Source: Eledone cirrhosa
Taxonomy: Eukaryota
Length of the DNA stretch: 64,000 bases
NCBI GenBank assembly: GCA_964016885.1
Contig: OZ024746.1
Span: forward strand, 62,806,001-62,870,000
Direction of reading: 5' to 3'
Position numbers and translations under genes: made by a program
In this document: positions 40,328 to 53,066 of the stretch, in pieces
Numbering within the stretch: the first letter of the stretch is position 1
Layout of the letters: the number at the start of each line of letters is the position of its first letter
Notes under the pieces: generated by a model
The model's database searches: none
What the model saw: the letters and a program-made list of their open reading frames with translations, nothing else
Told to the model about the DNA's origin: nothing

Positions 40328-41380
40328 TTATGATCATAAATTTAGCATCCTTACTACTAGGCTACATGCCTTCACAGATGGTTATCATAGCATTGGTATA
40401 ACACCATTGTCTTCTGGAGATATGACTCTCTTTATCTCTATCATCTTGACTTCTCCAAAATCTTTCTTTTTCACTTCTAGAGAGACTTAGCCATTTTTTT
40501 TATTGCAACTCTTGCAAAAGTGCCCACTCTTGTTATAGTTGCTTTCATGTTGCTTCTGTTGCTACTGTTACTGCTGTTACTTTTGCTGCTGTTGCTAGTG
40601 ACAGTAGTTATAGAGGTCATGGTACTTTTAGGAATGGTGGTGTTAGTGTTTGATGCAATTACATTTTTTTCCATGTCAGTTATTGTAGAGACTGGTATCT
40701 TGTTGCTACTAGCAATGATAGTGATAGTGTTGGTGGTGGTAGACGAATTGCCATTATTAAAGTTGGGCAACTGCTTTTTAACACACTAGTGTTCTTATTA
40801 TTGTTGCAGAAATTGTTAGAGGTGATAGTAATGGTGATGGTGGCTGCATAAATAATTTGTTGTGCTTTGAACTAGAGAAAGAAGCTTTTTGTTCCTGAAT
40901 GTAAATAGAAGTTTTCTTTTTCTTCTATCTACTCTCACAACCCCTAACTTTTCAGCAAATGATGCTGTTTTCAGTTTTGAATTTTTTTTTTTTAAATCAA
41001 CTGTAAATAGAAAATCTTTATAAAATAAATATAGCTTTCTCCATGGGCCAAACAAGTAACTGAACACCCTCCTCTCTTCATGGTTACTCTCGAAAGAAGA
41101 TGCTCAACAAAAATATAATACAATGAATCCTTAAACAGGCAAAGAAACAACAATTATTCTCAAAACATTCTCAAGACACACAGATCAGTGCAAAAAGGTG
41201 ATTTATGTTGACAGATAATAATGGTTTCTTATATAGGCACAACGCCAGCAATTTTGGGGGAGAGGAAAGTCAATTAAATCGACCTCAGTGCATGACTGGT
41301 ACTTTATTTTATCGATCCTGTAAGGATGAAAGGCAAAGTTTACCAATACTGCCGATCCACCGCCCTATGTTAACAGATAA

Positions 41381-41839
41381 TCTTAACTATAATAAAGAAA
41401 GGAGTGCGGGACTGCATCCAGAATATAATTTGTTATCCCGTTTGTAAATTAAGTTGGATTACTTTGAATAAATAATGAATAAATATTACATAATTTATCT
41501 GCTAAATTTCGAAGCTTTTGATTAAAATATATTTTATTACTTATTCAAAGATTCACTCTTAAAAGTGTTCAAATGTCAACACTTCCGGTTAGCGATCACT
41601 TAAATAAATATTCATATATTTCCATCACTAATTTTCTCCTAATGCAGTTTATATATAATATCGTCTTTTTTTAATGTATCATGGATTACGTTACTGATTA
41701 CATAAGACAGTGGAACACAGTTTTCTGTGTATATTGTCAATTACGATTTTATTTGATCATATCTACATGTGTATATACTTGCGTATAATATCAATATACA
41801 CTAGCAGAAAAACCACCCTAAGGGTGGTTTTTCTGTTAG
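41381..41839 (+). mobile_element. Non-autonomous Helitron-like element, copy 1
   Basis: A|TCTTAACTATAATAAAG start; 3' palindrome AAAAACCACCC-TAA-GGGTGGTTTTT then CTGTTAG|T; inverted sister at 43865-44590. Confidence 0.65.
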
Positions 41840-42086
41840 TGTATATAATATACATCTATCTACAGAATTTATGCAGTCATAGAGATTGCAAATGTTTTGG
41901 AAATTTTCTGGAAAATAATTTCACTTGCCAGAAGGTTTAGTGAATAGTCACATCTTTGTTTATAAACATCTGTTTATACACAAAACTTTGTATATGAATA
42001 TTTGATCAGCCCAATGTAACATCATATGTAATTTTAATTCTTTTTGTATATATAGAAATTTTTTTTATATCAAATACTCAATAGAT

Positions 42087-42215
42087 ATGTCTAACTACAG
42101 TTATGAATGTTTAAAAATTGTTTGGAAACATATATTGACTCCACCGGGAATGCTGCCATATGTCTTGAAACTAAAGGTTGGTACGATTATTAAGATATTG
42201 TGCAATCATGACTCA
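42087..42215 (+). pseudogene. PIF1-family (Helitron) helicase fragment
   Basis: LTPPGMLPYVLKLKVGTIIKILCNHD matches the GMPPHxLxLKVGxPIMLLRN motif. Confidence 0.65.
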
Positions 42216-42864
42216 TGTAGGTGTACATATATATATATATGTGTAATCTGTATGTATATATATATATATATATTCTTCATTCTTTTACTATATATATGTG
42301 TGTGTATGTATTTGTAGGAGCACTGTGTGTATATATATGTGTTTATAATGTATATATGAGTACATTGTTATGTGGAATATGAGTGTGCTTATATGTGGGA
42401 TCTGTATGTGTATGTGTGTGTATATATATATATATGTATGTATTTGTAGAATTGTGTGTATATATGTGTGGGTTTTACAAGTATAGACCTAACCCAAAGC
42501 TATCCATGAAATAAGATGATCAATTTTTCTAATCTACAAACAATACCCTTAGAAAATCAAAGCCAAATATAAACTAAAGATTTATACTAGATCTAAGACA
42601 TCAGCCATATTGCCTGGCCCTAAATTCTGTAAACCAATCACTGACCAACACCAGTTATTAATATGGGGAAGTTTTGAGATGTCTGTGTATATCAGTGTGT
42701 CTATCTACATATATGTATGTACACAGAAGTAGACTGGGTTTTAGAATCATCCTTCATGATACTGACTACCAGACTACTAACAGCTGAAGGCAAGATGTTT
42801 TCACTGATCAGCTAATGTGCCTTCCAGTTTCATTTCAATTTTTGTACAGTGGCTATAGCTTTAG

Positions 42865-43100
42865 AGGTGCATGGCCTAGTGGTAAGGGTGTTGGACTTAC
42901 GATCATAATCTTATGTTCTTGAGCAAAACACTTCATTTCAAATTCCTCCAGTATACTCAGATGAAAATGAGTACCAGCAATAGATGGGGGGGGGGGGTTA
43001 ACTCTGCAATGGACTGGTGTCCTGTCTAGGGGGAAATCTTATCCTCTCAGTCACTTCATGCCATGAAACCAGAATAAGCACTGGCCTAACAAGCCTTCTA
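42865..43100 (+). mobile_element. Old tRNA-SINE with CORE-like and V-like segments
   Basis: TGGCCTAGTGGTAAGGG head, CTTGAGCAAAACACTT, CTGCAATGGACTGGTGTCCTGTCTAGGG. Confidence 0.6.
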
Positions 43101-43864
43101 GCTTAAGACAAACTTTAGACTTAGGCTATGGCTCAAGTTTTCTGTGAGATATTTTCAGCTGTTTTTTGTTTTGTTTTTTTACATATCTCACCAGCCCACA
43201 GGTCATTTCCGAAATGCATGTATGACCATGTTTGGAAAATTGTATGTGTGCATATATGTACAGTTGTTAGTGCATGCATGAGTTTGTATGTGTATACATC
43301 CAAATGTATAATATATCAATGCATATTTATATTTGAGAGTGTTTGAGAGTGTTTGTGTGTATGTATGTATGTATGTATGTGTAGGGCACATTAAAGCCCA
43401 TCCTCTCTCTAGGTCTGAACACAGCCAATTTCTTCCAGAGAGAGTGAGAGAGAGAGAGAGAGAGAGAGGGGTAATGAGAAAGAGATATAGAGGAAGAATC
43501 GAGCTAAGTAACTAGTCTGGTACTTTTTTATCAATCTCGAAAGGATGAAAGGCAAAGTTGACCTTGGCAGGATTTGAACTCAGAGAGCAGACAACCAGAA
43601 CAAATACTAACAAAACATTCAAGACAATATTTTTAATGACTGTCAAATTGCCACCTTATGCCATCGATAACAGCCTCAAATATCTTTATTTTAATTAAAT
43701 ATATTGGAAATGAAGTGAAAATATATGTGATTTATTAATGGCGATTGTAACTGTCAGAAAAACAGTAAACTGATGTCTCATATTACTAGTTATTAAGTTT
43801 TATCTTAGAATCTGTACCTCCTCACTATTTCTTAATTCCAGGTAGTATATATATATTATATATA

Positions 43865-44590
43865 CTAGCAGAAAAACCACCCTTTTGGTGGTTTTCTGCT
43901 AGCACGTGTAGTGTGTATATTGATATTATACGCAAGTATATATGCATGTAGATATGATACATCAAATAAAATCGTAATTGACAATATACACAGAAAACTG
44001 TGTTCCACTGTCTTATGTAATCAGTAACATAATCCATGATACATTAAAGAAAGACGATATTATATATAAACTGCATTAGGAGAAAATTAGTGACAGAAAA
44101 TTAGTATGTTTATTTAAGTGATTGCCACCGGAAGTGCTGACATCACACACTCTCTCTTTCTATATATATGGTAGTTGAAGTGGAGCTTTGAAAAGAAGTC
44201 AATTTTAAATTATTTATTTTTACGAAATTATTTTTGTTTACGAAATTTAGTAGATAAATTATGTAATATTCATTCATTATTTATTCAAAGTAATTATTTA
44301 TTCAAAGTAAAGGGCGGTGGATTGGCAGTATCGGTAGAGGGTCGGACGCCATGCTTTGACGAATAGAGTTACGGCCCTTGCCATTCTCAGTTCAAATCCC
44401 GCCGAGGTTAACTTTGCCTTTCATCCTTACGGGGTCGATAAAATAAAGTACCAGTAATACACTGGGTAATTGCTGGCCTTGTACCAAAAGTAGAAACAAT
44501 TATTTATTCAAAGTAATCCAACTTATTTTACTAACAGGATAAAAAAAAATAAACCGTACGCAGTCCCGCAGACCTTCCTTTATTATAGTT
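43865..44590 (-). mobile_element. Helitron-like element, copy 2, interrupted by SINE family 1 (44312-44500)
   Basis: Reverse complement of 41381-41839; ends CTAG|T at 43865. Confidence 0.65.
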
Positions 44591-44620
44591 TATATATATA
44601 TATATATATATGTGTGTATG

Positions 44621-44651
<31 letters not shown>

Positions 44652-45511
44652 AAAAAAAGTACTATTTGGATGGCCGTTGACTCTGTTGAGTTCCTCCACC
44701 CTTTGCTAGGTCTTGTATTTCATCCAATAGGGTGTCCAAATATCACCCTGTTCACCAAGCAAGCTTGGTGGGGTTGCCGGTTTAGTTGCCGATTACCTGA
44801 CCGTGAGACATGTTGTACTGTGTTACATGTTACCGGTAGCACTCGAGAGCAACCTGTAGCACTCAAGAGCGACATACATGCATACATACATACTTACTTA
44901 GATGTACAGCAGCTGGAGTGAGAAGTGAGTGGCGAAAGTTCAGGGAGCTGCTACGGTTTTCTTGTTCTGAATGAAAGGCAGGTCTGTGTGATGTCTGTGT
45001 GAGAATTGCGATGCTGCATGGAAGGGAGACTTGGGCTTTCAGTGCCGAGGATCTGCAAAAATTGGAAAGAAATGAAGTAAGCCCGTTTCAATAGATGTAT
45101 GTGCATGAGAGACAAAGCATTGATGAACTGACATAACATTTATACATTATTCTATATACTATACATGCACCTTTGATGAGTTGTAGTGCACCTGAGCATT
45201 GTACACAATAATTTTCATTATATTAGATATTATTAACTGGGTGTTGTTTAGCCCCAGATCATGTGTGATTAAACAGACCTAACATCAAAGACATTCCAGT
45301 CATGACGAACCCATTATTTTTGTATATCTAAGACTAGATGTGACTGTCCTTTTTAAGAAAGTAAGTTGTGATATGAGGGAGATTTAGCTGTTATTTCTAA
45401 CAAGTTGAACAACTAGATAGAGGATTCCTTATTGGTTTGTACTAAGGCTGTTATGGTTGTTGCTATCCTGTCTTTTTATGGACACTTAGGGTTATATTAC
45501 TTAACATGTAC

Positions 45512-45546
<35 letters not shown>

Positions 45547-45573
45547 CATCACCATCACCATCCCCATCACCAC

Positions 45574-45608
<35 letters not shown>

Positions 45609-46224
45609 CCATCGCCATCATCATCATCATTACAGTTTAATGTCCATTTTAGGTGGTTTGTCCAATTGAGAGACAATTCAGATCACATGAGATTTGACTG
45701 TTATTTCTAGCACTTGAGCAAACATGTAGAAGCTCTCTGAGGATGAGGATAATTGGGGAGATGATAAAGATAATAATTGTTTCTACTATTGGCACAAGGC
45801 CAGAAATTACCCAGTGCATTACTGGTACTTTATTTTATCGACCTCGGAAGGATGAAAGGCAAAGTTAACCTCAGCGGGATTTGAACTCAGAATGGCAAGG
45901 GCCGTAACTCCATGCGTCACAGCATGGCGTCCGACCCTCTACCGATACTGCCAATCTACCGCCTTTGAGATAAAGATAATAATGATGACAGAGAGGGTGA
46001 CGATGGTGCTAATAGTGGTGCAGATATGGTTGTTAACGATAATGATGGTATTATCGGTACTTATTATTCTATATCTTAGAGCATCTCATTAATTGTCTTA
46101 ACAGTTCTACATTATCTTGGAAAGTAAATGGAAATAGAAAGACCAAGAAGATGATTAGAACTCTAAATCTAATTTTGGATATTTGCCGAATTAATTGGTT
46201 AGTTTTTGTTTTTCTGTTTTAAAC

Positions 46225-46987
46225 ATGGATACTGTATGATGCATGTATACGAACAGCAATGTTACATGGTAGTGAGACCTGGGCGCTGAAGGTGGAAGAC
46301 TTACGTAGATTAGAAAGAAATGAAGCCTGCATGCTCCGATGGATGTGTAATAGAAATATACGCGAACGGCAAAGCATAAACGAATTGAGAGAGTGACTGA
46401 GCATAAGAGGAATCAAATGTTGTGTGCAGGAGAGGCGGTTCCATTGGTATGGACATGTGATGCGTATGAAGGATGACAGCTGCATAAAAAGGTGTGGAGC
46501 ACTAGAAGTTGATGGAAACAGCGGAGTGGGGAGACCCAAGAAGACCTGGGATGAGGTGATAAAAGCCGACCTTACTCAATTATACCTCTCAAAAGCGATG
46601 ACACACGACCGTGACCTCTGGCGTCACGCAGTAATACAGAGTACCCGACCTACCATGGGTACATGCCGAAGTTGAAGCATATAGACAATATGCCCCCACA
46701 CCCTCCCACTGCAAGGTGGTCGTGGAAGTGCCACGGCAAAAAAGCACCCAGCCCACACTGTAAAGTGGACGTGTAGGTGCCACGAAAAAAAGCACCCAGC
46801 ACTCACTGTAAATGAGGTTGGTGTTAGGAAGGGCATCCAGCTGTAGAAATCAAGCCAGAATCAGTTCCTGTATGAGCAAGACAAGGTCAGCCGACCAGAC
46901 ACTGCCCACAACAGGACAACCCGTCTAACCCATGCTAGCATGGAAGAACGGACGTAAAACGGTGATGATGATGATGATGATGATGAT
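46225..46987 (+). mobile_element. RTE LINE 3' fragment with 3' UTR and (GAT)n tail
   Basis: YDACIRTAMLHGSETWA..MLRWMC..ERRFHWYGHVMRM..GRPKKTWDEVIKADL..DRDLWR; one internal stop. Confidence 0.9.
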
Positions 46988-48501
46988 ACTATGAACTGAC
47001 TCTTTCATCCTTGGATGAAGATTATATTTTCTATAACTAATAATTGTTTCTACTTTTTGGCACAAGGCCAGCAATTATGCCAGTGTATTACTGGTACTTT
47101 ATTTTATCGACCCTGTAAGGATGAAAGGCAAAGTTAACATCAGCAGGATTTGAACTCAGACTGCAAAGGGACATAACTCTATGCTGCGAAGCATGGCGTC
47201 CGACCCTCTACCGATACTGCCAAACCACCTCCCTTTTCTCTAACTAATAATATGGCTGTCACTCATAATTTAGTAGGACTTTGTACCAGCATGCATCATG
47301 ATTTAGAGGTCGACATAGTCATGAGCAGACATGGATACTCTCCTGACTCTCACACGTTCCACTCAGTGAAACATCAAAGATGTGAAATGGATGAAATAAA
47401 AAGGGGTCTCGAGACAAACTTTAGACTTTAGACATTGCTAAGTTTTAAAGTAATATTAAACAGCTGTTGTTACATGCAGGGTTAATCCAGTTCGCCATAG
47501 TGTAAAAAAATTTGTAAGATAGAGAAGGTTAAAAGGACTGAAAACAAACACAACTTTCTAGTCATTTTCTTATAAACTCCTTTAAGTTCTTCTTAGAAAT
47601 AAAGATGAGGGTAGAGAAGAAGGTGCTGTTCCACAGGGAATTTGCTTAAAAAGGGGGGGGGGTGAGAATGGTGAGAAGGGCCCATATCAATGGGTCTATT
47701 ATCAGCATCATCATCATCATCATCACTGTTTTACGTCCATTCTTCCACGCTAGCTTGGGTTAGACGGGTTGTCCTGTTGTGGGCAATGCCAGGTCGGCTG
47801 ACCTTGTCTTGCTCATACGGAAACTGATTTTGGCTTGATTTCTACAGCTGGATGCCCTTCCTAACACCAACCTCATTTACAGTGAGTACTGGGTGCTTTG
47901 ACCGTGGTGCCTATACGACCACTTTACAGTGTGGGCTGGATGCTTTTTGTCGTGACACCTACACGACCACTTTACAGTGGGAGGGAGTGGGAGCATACAG
48001 ATGTAAACTGGAGAACTCATCTGGAAGAGAGCAGTTGCCATTAAAGTTAAGATAATCCCGTGAAACATCGCATTATATTTTGGGAGCATAATTTCGTTAT
48101 TCTATGTTTTTTTATAAATTTTTAACTTTTATAATCGATTTTGCAAAAAAACTAAGCAAACAAAAAAACACTACTTTTGTCATGTCATGTCATTGTAATA
48201 TCTCCAAATCAATCATGCTTGATGCAAATAATAAACCACCACTATCTCCACCACCAACACCGCAACCTCCACCGCCTCTACACCACCACCACCACCACCA
48301 CCTCCACCACCACCACCATCACTACAACTACTACTACTATGTAAATTAATGTATCTGATTTGAAGTGGGAGAGGTGATCCCCACACCTGTACACACATCA
48401 GACAACTGACATCAGTCAATCTATACACATCTGTTTGAAGTGGCTTCTGTTTTCTCTTTCCCTCCTCTCTCTTATGTAGCATATATATATATATATACAT
48501 A

Positions 48502-48634
<133 letters not shown>

Positions 48635-48641
48635 TATATAT

Positions 48642-48718
<77 letters not shown>

Positions 48719-48719
48719 A

Positions 48720-49545
48720 GTAAAAATTAGAATTTCAGCTCAGGAATTAACGAAAATCACTTCCGAGTTGTGTGGCAAGCGCTCGATAATTCATATGAAT
48801 TAGAGCTTACAACTTACGTTGAAGGCCAAACACACTGCAAAAATTCGATCGCCTATTTCGGGTCAAACAGATATACAAATATAAAAATATATAAAAATAT
48901 AAATGGTTGAAAGCTTACCCGGACCCCTGGAGATGGTAAAATCCAGTATTTGGGTTTCTGCGGCTCCATAAGTCATTTACTGTCCACTTACATAAATGAT
49001 GTTAAGTTTCTGGTATCATGACTGAACTGGGAGTACGCGTTGTCAACGGGATTCAGTTCGAAAGTCCACATAAATGTGTCTGTAACTGACCCCACGTGGG
49101 GTTCAGCAAGGGAGGCAACACCTATATTAGGCGAATGAATTCAGTTGTGTATAATATTGCGAAAATGCAAAATATCACAAATCGAATAAAGCTCTCGACA
49201 GAGTGGTTAAATATAACAAAGCCATTCAGCAGTCAATAGAATAGACCAAAAACAATCGATAAAATTAACTGGCCAATAGCTGGACTCTGGAGATTAATAC
49301 AAGTAAAAATTAGCGAGAATCGAATTTCAGCTCAGGAATTAACGAAAATCACTTCCGAGTTGTGTGGCAAGCGCTCGATAATTCATATGAATTAGAGCTT
49401 ACAACTTACGTTAAAGGCCAAACACACTGAGATGGTGGTTAAACTAATCATCCACACATCGAAAATTTGATCGCCTATTTCGGGTCAAACAGATATACAA
49501 ATATAAAAATATATAAAAATATAAATGGTTGAAAGCTTACCCGCT
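48720..49545. mobile_element. (TA)n-flanked non-coding element with ~200-240-bp direct repeats
   Basis: 48720-48920 repeated at 49303-49542 with small insertions; no ORF; probable PLE partial-tandem terminal repeats. Confidence 0.55.
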
Positions 49546-49725
49546 ATATATATATATTTATTAAAATAACAGAGTAAAGTTTAATAAATATTTGCTCTAG
49601 GGTTCTTATATATTTGATATATATTTATCCTTATTGAGCCTTCTTTGGATTTTAGTCTTCAAATTTATTATTATTACTATATATATACATATATATATAT
49701 ATACATGCATACATATATATATATT

Positions 49726-50080
49726 GTTATACTATAAATTTCCAGTTGGTTGGTTGGTTCAATAACCGGATGGTTGTTTATATATTGTCAAAGCTCTTTT
49801 GTCACACATTCTGTGACCTTCTCAGTGACTGGGTTTTTATTTTGTGTCCCTCCTCTGTTCTGTCTTACACCAGATGCTGTAGGACAGAGGAGGTCACAGA
49901 ATGTATGACAAAAGAGCTTTGGCAGTATATAAACAACCATCCAGTTATCAAACCAACCAGCCAGAAATTTATAATAAATTGAAGTGAAAACCAACCAGTG
50001 CGTGTGTTTTTATTGGCAACATGACCCTGTTTCAACACATGTTTTCAGATAAGAAATCTTGCAAAACAAATTCAAAAACT
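49726..50080. mobile_element. Fold-back PLE remnant with decayed hammerheads
   Basis: Arms about 49726-49823 and 49886-49977; minus arm reads GTCA-CTGAGAA-G-GTCA..TGAC-AAAAG-AG-CTT-TGAC. Confidence 0.6.
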
Positions 50081-50111
50081 ATATATATATATATGGTGCG
50101 ATCACTTATAT

Positions 50112-50156
<45 letters not shown>

Positions 50157-50231
50157 TACGATCACATACATATATATATATATATCTTGGCGCGATCACT
50201 TTGGAAAATTTAATGTCTAAATTAGAGCAAA

Positions 50232-50304
50232 CTCCTGATGAGTCCGATGCTCGAGTTTCCAAAGTTATTGGAAATCTCAAAATACGGACGAAACCATGGT
50301 AGAG
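50232..50304 (+). ncRNA. Minimal type I hammerhead, copy 1
   Basis: CTC-CTGATGA-GTCCG..CGGAC-GAAAC-CATG-GTA-GAG; palindromic loop III; in ~380-bp repeat 50186-50570. Confidence 0.82.
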
Positions 50305-50883
50305 GTAAATAAATGTATTTTATTTTCTCCTAGTTTATTTTACACCTAATTCTGTTTAATTGACTGTATCTGGGCGATTACGCTGTCGAAATACTCGATA
50401 AATATTCCAACGCGAAGGGCTAGTTTCGGTTATTTGTTGGAGATTTCTTCATAGAAGCCTTATTCTTATAGCCTGGTCTATTCGATTTTTTATATAGTTA
50501 ATTATGCTAATTGGGAGAGGAAATGGTATATATTTTATCTGGTGATTCTATAGACATGTTTTATGATATATAGCTCTGATTATTTAATTTATTAACTTTT
50601 CATTGGGCCACAAAGTTACCCGTTGCAAAACACGTATATGTATGTATGTATATATATATATATATATATATGTAAACCTTTATATGTAATAATCTCCCAT
50701 TAGGTTGAGATACAAATTTGGCCATATAGTGCTGTGCTTTTTAGCAAAAAGCCACCAGCCGTAAGCAACTACCACACTCCTTCCAACCTGACCGCTGCTA
50801 CGTCACGATTCTTAGCCATTTTTGAATGAATTCTTGGCGCGATCACTTTGGAAAATTTAGTGTCTAGAAACTCGAGCATCGGA

Positions 50884-50956
50884 CTCCTGAAGAGTCCGAT
50901 GCTCGAGTTTCCAAAGTTATTGGAAATCTCAAAATGCGGACGAAACCATGGTAGAG
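50884..50956 (+). ncRNA. Minimal type I hammerhead, copy 2
   Basis: CTC-CTGAAGA-GTCCG..CGGAC-GAAAC-CATG-GTA-GAG; in repeat 50833-51190. Confidence 0.8.
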
Positions 50957-51186
50957 GTAAATAAATGTATTCTATTTTCTCCTAGTTTATTTTACACCTA
51001 ATTCTGTTTAATTGACTGTATCTGGGCGATTACGCTGTCGAAATATTCGATAAATATTCCGACAGATTTCTTCATAGAAGCCTTATTCTTATAGCCTGGT
51101 CTATTCGAGTTTTTATATAGTTAATTATGTTAATTGGGAGAGGAAATGGTATATATTTTATCTGGTGATTCTATAGACATGTTTTA

Positions 51187-51239
<53 letters not shown>

Positions 51240-51427
51240 GACATTCTCTCTCTTCTTCCCACAGCGTAATTTAAATAAACGGTTGTTTTTTTCAATTTTT
51301 CGGACATTCATTTGCATATTCACACATAACTTTGAATTACCCTTAATAAATTTTCACTATCCAGCGAATTTTCAACCGTTAATGTTGTTTTCCATGGTTA
51401 TGTCACTATTTATAAAACAAATTTTGC

Positions 51428-51490
51428 ATTTTATCTGATGAAAGCGCACCATGATTGGCTTGGCCGCCCTTGAAATATATATAATAAAAT
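51428..51490 (+). ncRNA. Minimal type I hammerhead
   Basis: ATTTTAT-CTGATGA-AAG..CTT-GAAAT-ATAT-ATA-ATAAAAT; same family as 26531. Confidence 0.75.
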
Positions 51491-51662
51491 AATTATGGTT
51501 TTATAAATATAGTTTCCATTTATTAATATATTGTATATATATATATATATATAAAATAAAATAATTAAGTCAAATATTTAAAATTTGGCTTCATTTATTA
51601 AAGGTGTACTGCTATAAAGATTTCGGTGACAGCCATCCTTGGCTATGATGACACCAATTCGG

Positions 51663-51717
51663 ACTGCCTGAAGAGGTCACAGCCAAGGATGGCTGTCACC
51701 GAAATATATATAGCACT
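51663..51717 (+). ncRNA. Minimal type I hammerhead inside fold-back 51557-51768
   Basis: ACTGC-CTGAAGA-GGTCACAGCCA-AGGA-TGGCTGTCACC-GAAAT-ATAT-ATA-GCACT (the inverted arm retains GCAGT). Confidence 0.78.
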
Positions 51718-51888
51718 ACACCTTTAATAAACGAAGCCAAATTTTAAATATTTGACTTAATTATTTTACTTTACATTACTCCGGAGTAACCAAACCAACC
51801 TGCGTACTTCGAGTGTTCCAATCTGCATACTGAGGTGTCGGTAAACAACCAACATATACTCAATATATATATATATATATATATATAT

Positions 51889-52615
51889 TGCATGCTCCGC
51901 TGGATGTGTAATAGTAATATACGTGAACGGCAAAGCATAAACGAACTAAGGAAAAAATTAGAAATAAGAGGGATCAGATGTTGTTTACTCGAGAGAAGGC
52001 TACGTTGGTATGGACACGTGATGCGCATGAAAGTCGATAGCTGTATAACAAAGTGCAGGGCAATAAAGATAGACGGTAGCCACGGAATAGGCAGACCTAG
52101 AAAAACCTGGGAAGAGCTGATAAACTCCGACCTCACACACTTACACCTCTCCAAGACAATGTCACTGGACCGAGACCTTTGGCGGTACTCAGTAATAGAG
52201 AAGACCCGCCTTACCTAAATACATAGTAAAACCTACTACAGTCAGTAGGTATCTCTAACAAAATACACCCCCGTCCCACCACCCCCACCCCATCCACACC
52301 GCCCCCTTCTATGTAAAGTTATGTTGGTGCCACACCATCCAGGCCGAAACAAATGAGATCGAGTAGGTGTCACGACAAAAAAACACACAGTCCACGCTGT
52401 AATGTGGCCGTGTAGGCAACACGGTAAAAACCTCCCAGACCCACACTGTAAATGTGGTTGGTGTTAGGAAGGGCATCCAACTGTAGAAAACCTGCCAGAC
52501 AGTCCTATGCGAGCAAGACAATCACTCTTGCCTCAAGTGGGAAAACCCCCGTCCAAACCCATGCAAGCGTGGAACACGGACGTTAAACGTTGATGATGAT
52601 GATGATGATGATGAT
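51889..52615 (+). mobile_element. RTE LINE 3' fragment
   Basis: CMLRWMCN..ERRLRWYGHVMRM..GRPRKTWEELINSDL..DRDLWR, 3' UTR and (GAT)n tail; UTR matches 24135-24340 (-). Confidence 0.9.
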
Positions 52616-52671
52616 ATATATATATAGTGACGAAACATAAGTCAATTGCATGAACTCATAATCCTGTATTT

Positions 52672-52727
52672 ACTGCTATATATATTTCGATGATAGCCAT
52701 TGAATGGCTATGACCTCATCAGGCAGT
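52672..52727 (-). ncRNA. Minimal type I hammerhead (inverted-arm copy)
   Basis: Reverse complement of 52845-52900. Confidence 0.8.
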
Positions 52728-52844
52728 TAGTCAGTTCTTAGATATGCCAGCTCTGTGTTTATAGTGTTGATGGTATCAGAGCCTTGGGACATATGATACC
52801 ATCAACACTATAAACACAGAGCTGCCATATTTAAGAACTGACTA

Positions 52845-52900
52845 ACTGCCTGATGAGGTCATAGCCATTCAATGGCTATCATCGAAATATATATAGCAGT
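52845..52900 (+). ncRNA. Minimal type I hammerhead inside fold-back 52624-52948
   Basis: ACTGC-CTGATGA-GGTCATAGCCA-TTCAA-TGGCTATCATC-GAAAT-ATAT-ATA-GCAGT; 155-bp arms, 15-nt spacer. Confidence 0.83.
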
Positions 52901-53033
52901 AAATAAAGGATTATGAGTTCATGCAATTGACTTATGTTTCGTCACTATTATAACTCCGGCACATATATCTTCGTTGAGTGCTCCCTATCTGCATACTGAA
53001 ATACTGGATTTTACCAACACTTACTTTCTTGCT

Positions 53034-53066
<33 letters not shown>

